NCBI GenBank assembly: GCA_040285825.1
Contig: JAUPSS010000002.1
Location: forward strand, 2,480,001 to 2,544,000
DNA from: Eukaryota sp. TZLM1-RC
Taxonomy: Eukaryota > Protista > Metamonada: BaSk clade
Length of the DNA: 64,000 bases
Direction of reading: 5' to 3'
Made by a program: the position numbers and the translations under genes. Numbering within the stretch: the stretch's first letter is position 1; every line of letters starts with the position of its first letter. Below, in pieces: positions 60,870 through 64,000 of the stretch. The notes below the pieces were generated by a model, which saw only the letters and a program-made list of their open reading frames with translations, ran no database searches and was not told the origin of the DNA.

Positions 60870-62200
60870 TATCTAGTATTCAATATCCTCCAAACAAACA
60901 TCACTATGACCAAACCTACTCACAGCATTTCGTTCATATTCTACACCAATAGCTAAAAGAGCTTTAAAAATCATTATTGGAATAGACTTGAAAATGCAAA
61001 AAACAATTCTATTTAACCAGAAAGTGGAATTCACTTTTTACAAGATCTATTCCGTAAAACTTTCTTGAAATTTTCAAAAGAGTGTAACCCTGAAGGTCCA
61101 GTATTGCCAAAAAGAGAAATTGCAAACGGTACAAACTGATATTTCACATGACTCAATTTAATTGTGCCAATGGTTTTTTATATTCTTTTACTTTCCTTTT
61201 TTCGGCGTTAGATAGCGGAGAATCAGCGGAATACACCAAACGAGCAGCACAATTTTTGCAGACATCTACTGAGACAACATCCACAACATTGAGAACACCA
61301 TCGATCCCTAAAGCTTCTAATTCTGCCCTTCTTTTACCAAAGGAATCATCAGTTTGATCTGGAGATAGCTTACGAACTAAAAGTTTAATAAATGCCTCTA
61401 TATTGAAACTTTTACACATGGCATATAATTGATCACGAACTAAGTCATGAACAATTGAGCGATAATTCATAAAAAAATTTGCAGTTTAAAATATGGGAAT
61501 GCGTAATAACACTCTTGCAGCGACAAATTATATCATTTGGTAAAGAACAAAGCCTTAGAAAACATCTCATTCTCATTGCAGTGGTCCATTGGTGATCATT
61601 AAGTAGAAGGCCATAAATGTTGGGAATTTGGGAGATTAGGCAACTTGAGCAACTGTCTTCAAGATCAATCAAAAAGTTTGCAAAAACGGGATTTTTTTGT
61701 TTAGCCAAGCTAAGACGTACAATTTAATCCAAGTTTTCTAAAACTTTTAAGATTTTTTTTCTGCAATTTTGCAAAAGTCAGTAATAAGGAGAGCAAGCTT
61801 TTTGAAGGAAGTTCCACAATATCAGAGGGAAAACATTTAGACCAAATATTTGGTGAAAGAGTTTCAATTTCCTGTTGCAAAAAAATAAAATATGAGCTGT
61901 CACAGTTTTCAATGAAATCAATTTTTTCTGGAAAGCGATTCACAAATTGAAATATAAAATTCTTACCACCTCCATTAAAGGCAGCTTTACAAAGGTAGCC
62001 TGATTTATGAAAATCAACATCACCAAAATTTGTACCACAAAAAATGTGGCTTCGTAACTGAGATGCATCAATTTCCAATAATTTTGCTAAAAAATTGGTT
62101 CTTTGTTCATTCAAATTTCGACAAAATTCCAAAAAAAATGATGGTGATGTTGATTTCAAAATATGAGTAAACGTTCCAGACATTTCACATTTGATTCTTG
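60870..62200 (-). mobile_element. Non-LTR family D fragment
   Basis: CRCK..HILNC, HDLVRD and DVVSVDVC; matches 43690-44180. Confidence 0.85.
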
Positions 62201-62564
62201 ATTTCAATTTTTAGCGACCACTTAATAATATAGAATCATTACTCTTGTTTAGCTTGATAAAATAACACAGTTTTCAAGGCACCTAGAATTGCTGAATAAA
62301 AGTGCCTTGAAAGCTGGCCTATCTGTTTGAAAGTGAAACGTTGACTTTCAGTAATAACTCTTTTGTTTACAATGGTAGAAGTACACTTTCCAATTTTGAT
62401 CCATGTTCTTACAATGGAATATTTTTTGAATAAATGATTTATAAGTGATGCTTGTTCCTTATCAGGTTTCGCAAGAAGTAAAAAAAATCTATTTTGTTTG
62501 AATTTATTTTATTTTATTTATTTTTTGCACATTTTCAGACTCTTGAATTATAATCTTTATTTCT

Positions 62565-62864
62565 ACGTCGGATGTGTACCGCGCACTCTATGACGTCTCG
62601 TTCCGACCTCGCTGACCAATTCCTCCTATTGGCTTTCAGAAAGGAACCGACAACTGCTGTTATTCTGACATCAGAAGCTTTCGCGCATTGTAAATGGCGA
62701 ACAGCTTTTGTCAAATACTCACTGATGGCCCTGTCTCCTGGAAGCTGAACTTCTTGCGAACAATGGCTACCTTCTTTGAGTGCCTTTCTCCAAAGAAATA
62801 AGCTTCACTAGTGGTGAACACGACTGCAGCCACTATTCCTGACTCTGTGCGCGCATGGTATGAT
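62565..62864 (+). pseudogene. Remnant of another diverged family 2 Fanzor (middle region)
   Basis: QILTDGPVSWKLNFLR...EC.SP aligns with QLLADGLVSWKLNFFR...NCPAP of the intact copy. Confidence 0.75.
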
Positions 62865-62960
62865 CAGGGCTTGGAAATACTGTATTGCAATATATTGGTA
62901 TTGGTATTCAGCCCATTAAACAATATTGATAAGTACCAATATATTGACAATATTCTTTTC
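62865..62960. mobile_element. Probable hAT/MITE terminus
   Basis: Begins CAGGGCTTGG, followed by clustered CAATA/TATTG repeats; interrupts the Fanzor remnant. Confidence 0.45.
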
Positions 62961-63280
62961 TACTTTCGAAGTCTGTTTTTAGGAAGAAACTATTAAATCT
63001 TTATAAACTACAACTAATGCTAATTATCAACATTTGTATCTTCCTCTGACCAGTTTTTATCACACAGTTTACGAATAGTTGCAACATCCCACAATTCTAG
63101 ATTGTATCACAACCATAGCTGAGCTTCAAGACGATTGTTGGACAGCGAATTTCAAGTCAGTCCGATGGTTAATTTGACTCAAGAAAACAACCGTTCTACC
63201 TCAACAGACGTTGCGGAAATCCAAGTCAAATCCCTGTACTTTCTATTGAGAGCTCGTCGCTGTTGTGACAAGTCACGAGC

Positions 63281-63821
63281 TCTGCTTGAAATAAGAATAA
63301 ACGGTGACTATAACGACTATGAAGGTAATAACGTAAGACGATCATTGCTAAAGCAGCAATTATATCTGAGTGCTCGAAAAGCATTGAGGAGAAACACATT
63401 TGACTTCTTTATAAGAAAACAGAAAAGATTCAGCTCCATTATCAACAAAGTGAAAAAATTTGCAAACGGTCGAGAAGTAAAGGTGTGGTTTGGCAATGGA
63501 GGTGGTGGTACATCACGTCAAAAAGTGAAAACTCCACGTAAGGCATTTCTCAAGTTGTTACAATGTTCATTTGCTAATGTGAAGATCGGAGATGAATATA
63601 TGACATCTGCAAAGGTGAACTGCTGCAAGATGCTACACCAAAAGATCTATAGAGAAGTTGATGGTGAATTTAAAGTTCACAACGCCCATTTCAGTTGTCT
63701 GGAATGTAATCAAGTTTGGTCTAGAGACATTTCTGCATCACAAAATCAGCTAGAAATTGCAATTAGTGAGTACTACTATGGAACAAGACCAGAAGCGTTC
63801 AAGAGACCACAAAGAAAATAG
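63281..63821 (+). pseudogene. C-terminal part of family 2 Fanzor, lacking RuvC-I
   Basis: Near-identical to 40216-40757. Confidence 0.9.
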
Positions 63822-63987
63822 CTTCAAAGCTACGTATTGTTCTAGAGGAGAAATGGGCTCACTAAGATTGGTGGCCAATTATTCGAGGATTCTAGAACGT
63901 CTGTGGACGATCTCACCAAGGATGAAAGTTCTTGGAATAAGTTTGAATGATGCTTAACGAAAGTATCCATTTCAAATGAAAACCACA
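63822..63987 (+). ncRNA. Second copy of the family 2 omega-RNA scaffold
   Basis: Matches 40050-40215 and diverges after GAAAACCACA. Confidence 0.8.
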
Positions 63988-64000
63988 AATTGTTGAACAT

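Overview
AT-rich eukaryotic DNA, most likely from an intron-poor protist using the standard genetic code; the organism cannot be identified from sequence alone. About ten intronless host genes sit in a dense mosaic of mobile elements. These include fragments of at least five CRE-like non-LTR retrotransposon families (RT plus restriction-like endonuclease), one near full-length Ty3/gypsy element with a ~600-aa unknown insert in pol, a gag-only mini-LTR element, a related solo LTR and hAT elements. The standout is a set of Fanzor (eukaryotic TnpB-like, RNA-guided) loci from two families. Family 2 has one apparently intact gene (40216-42045, RuvC D-E-D intact) followed by a 166-nt structured non-coding 3' segment. 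That segment recurs at 63822-63987 with stem changes that all preserve pairing, then diverges abruptly, as expected for an omega-RNA scaffold plus variable guide. Family 1 (two decayed copies) shares a D-to-N change at the RuvC-III position. All three Fanzor 3' ends with visible downstream context lie 42-91 nt upstream of a co-oriented host ATG. A tRNA-headed Pol III hairpin RNA of unknown family is also present. All calls were made by eye, without database searches.
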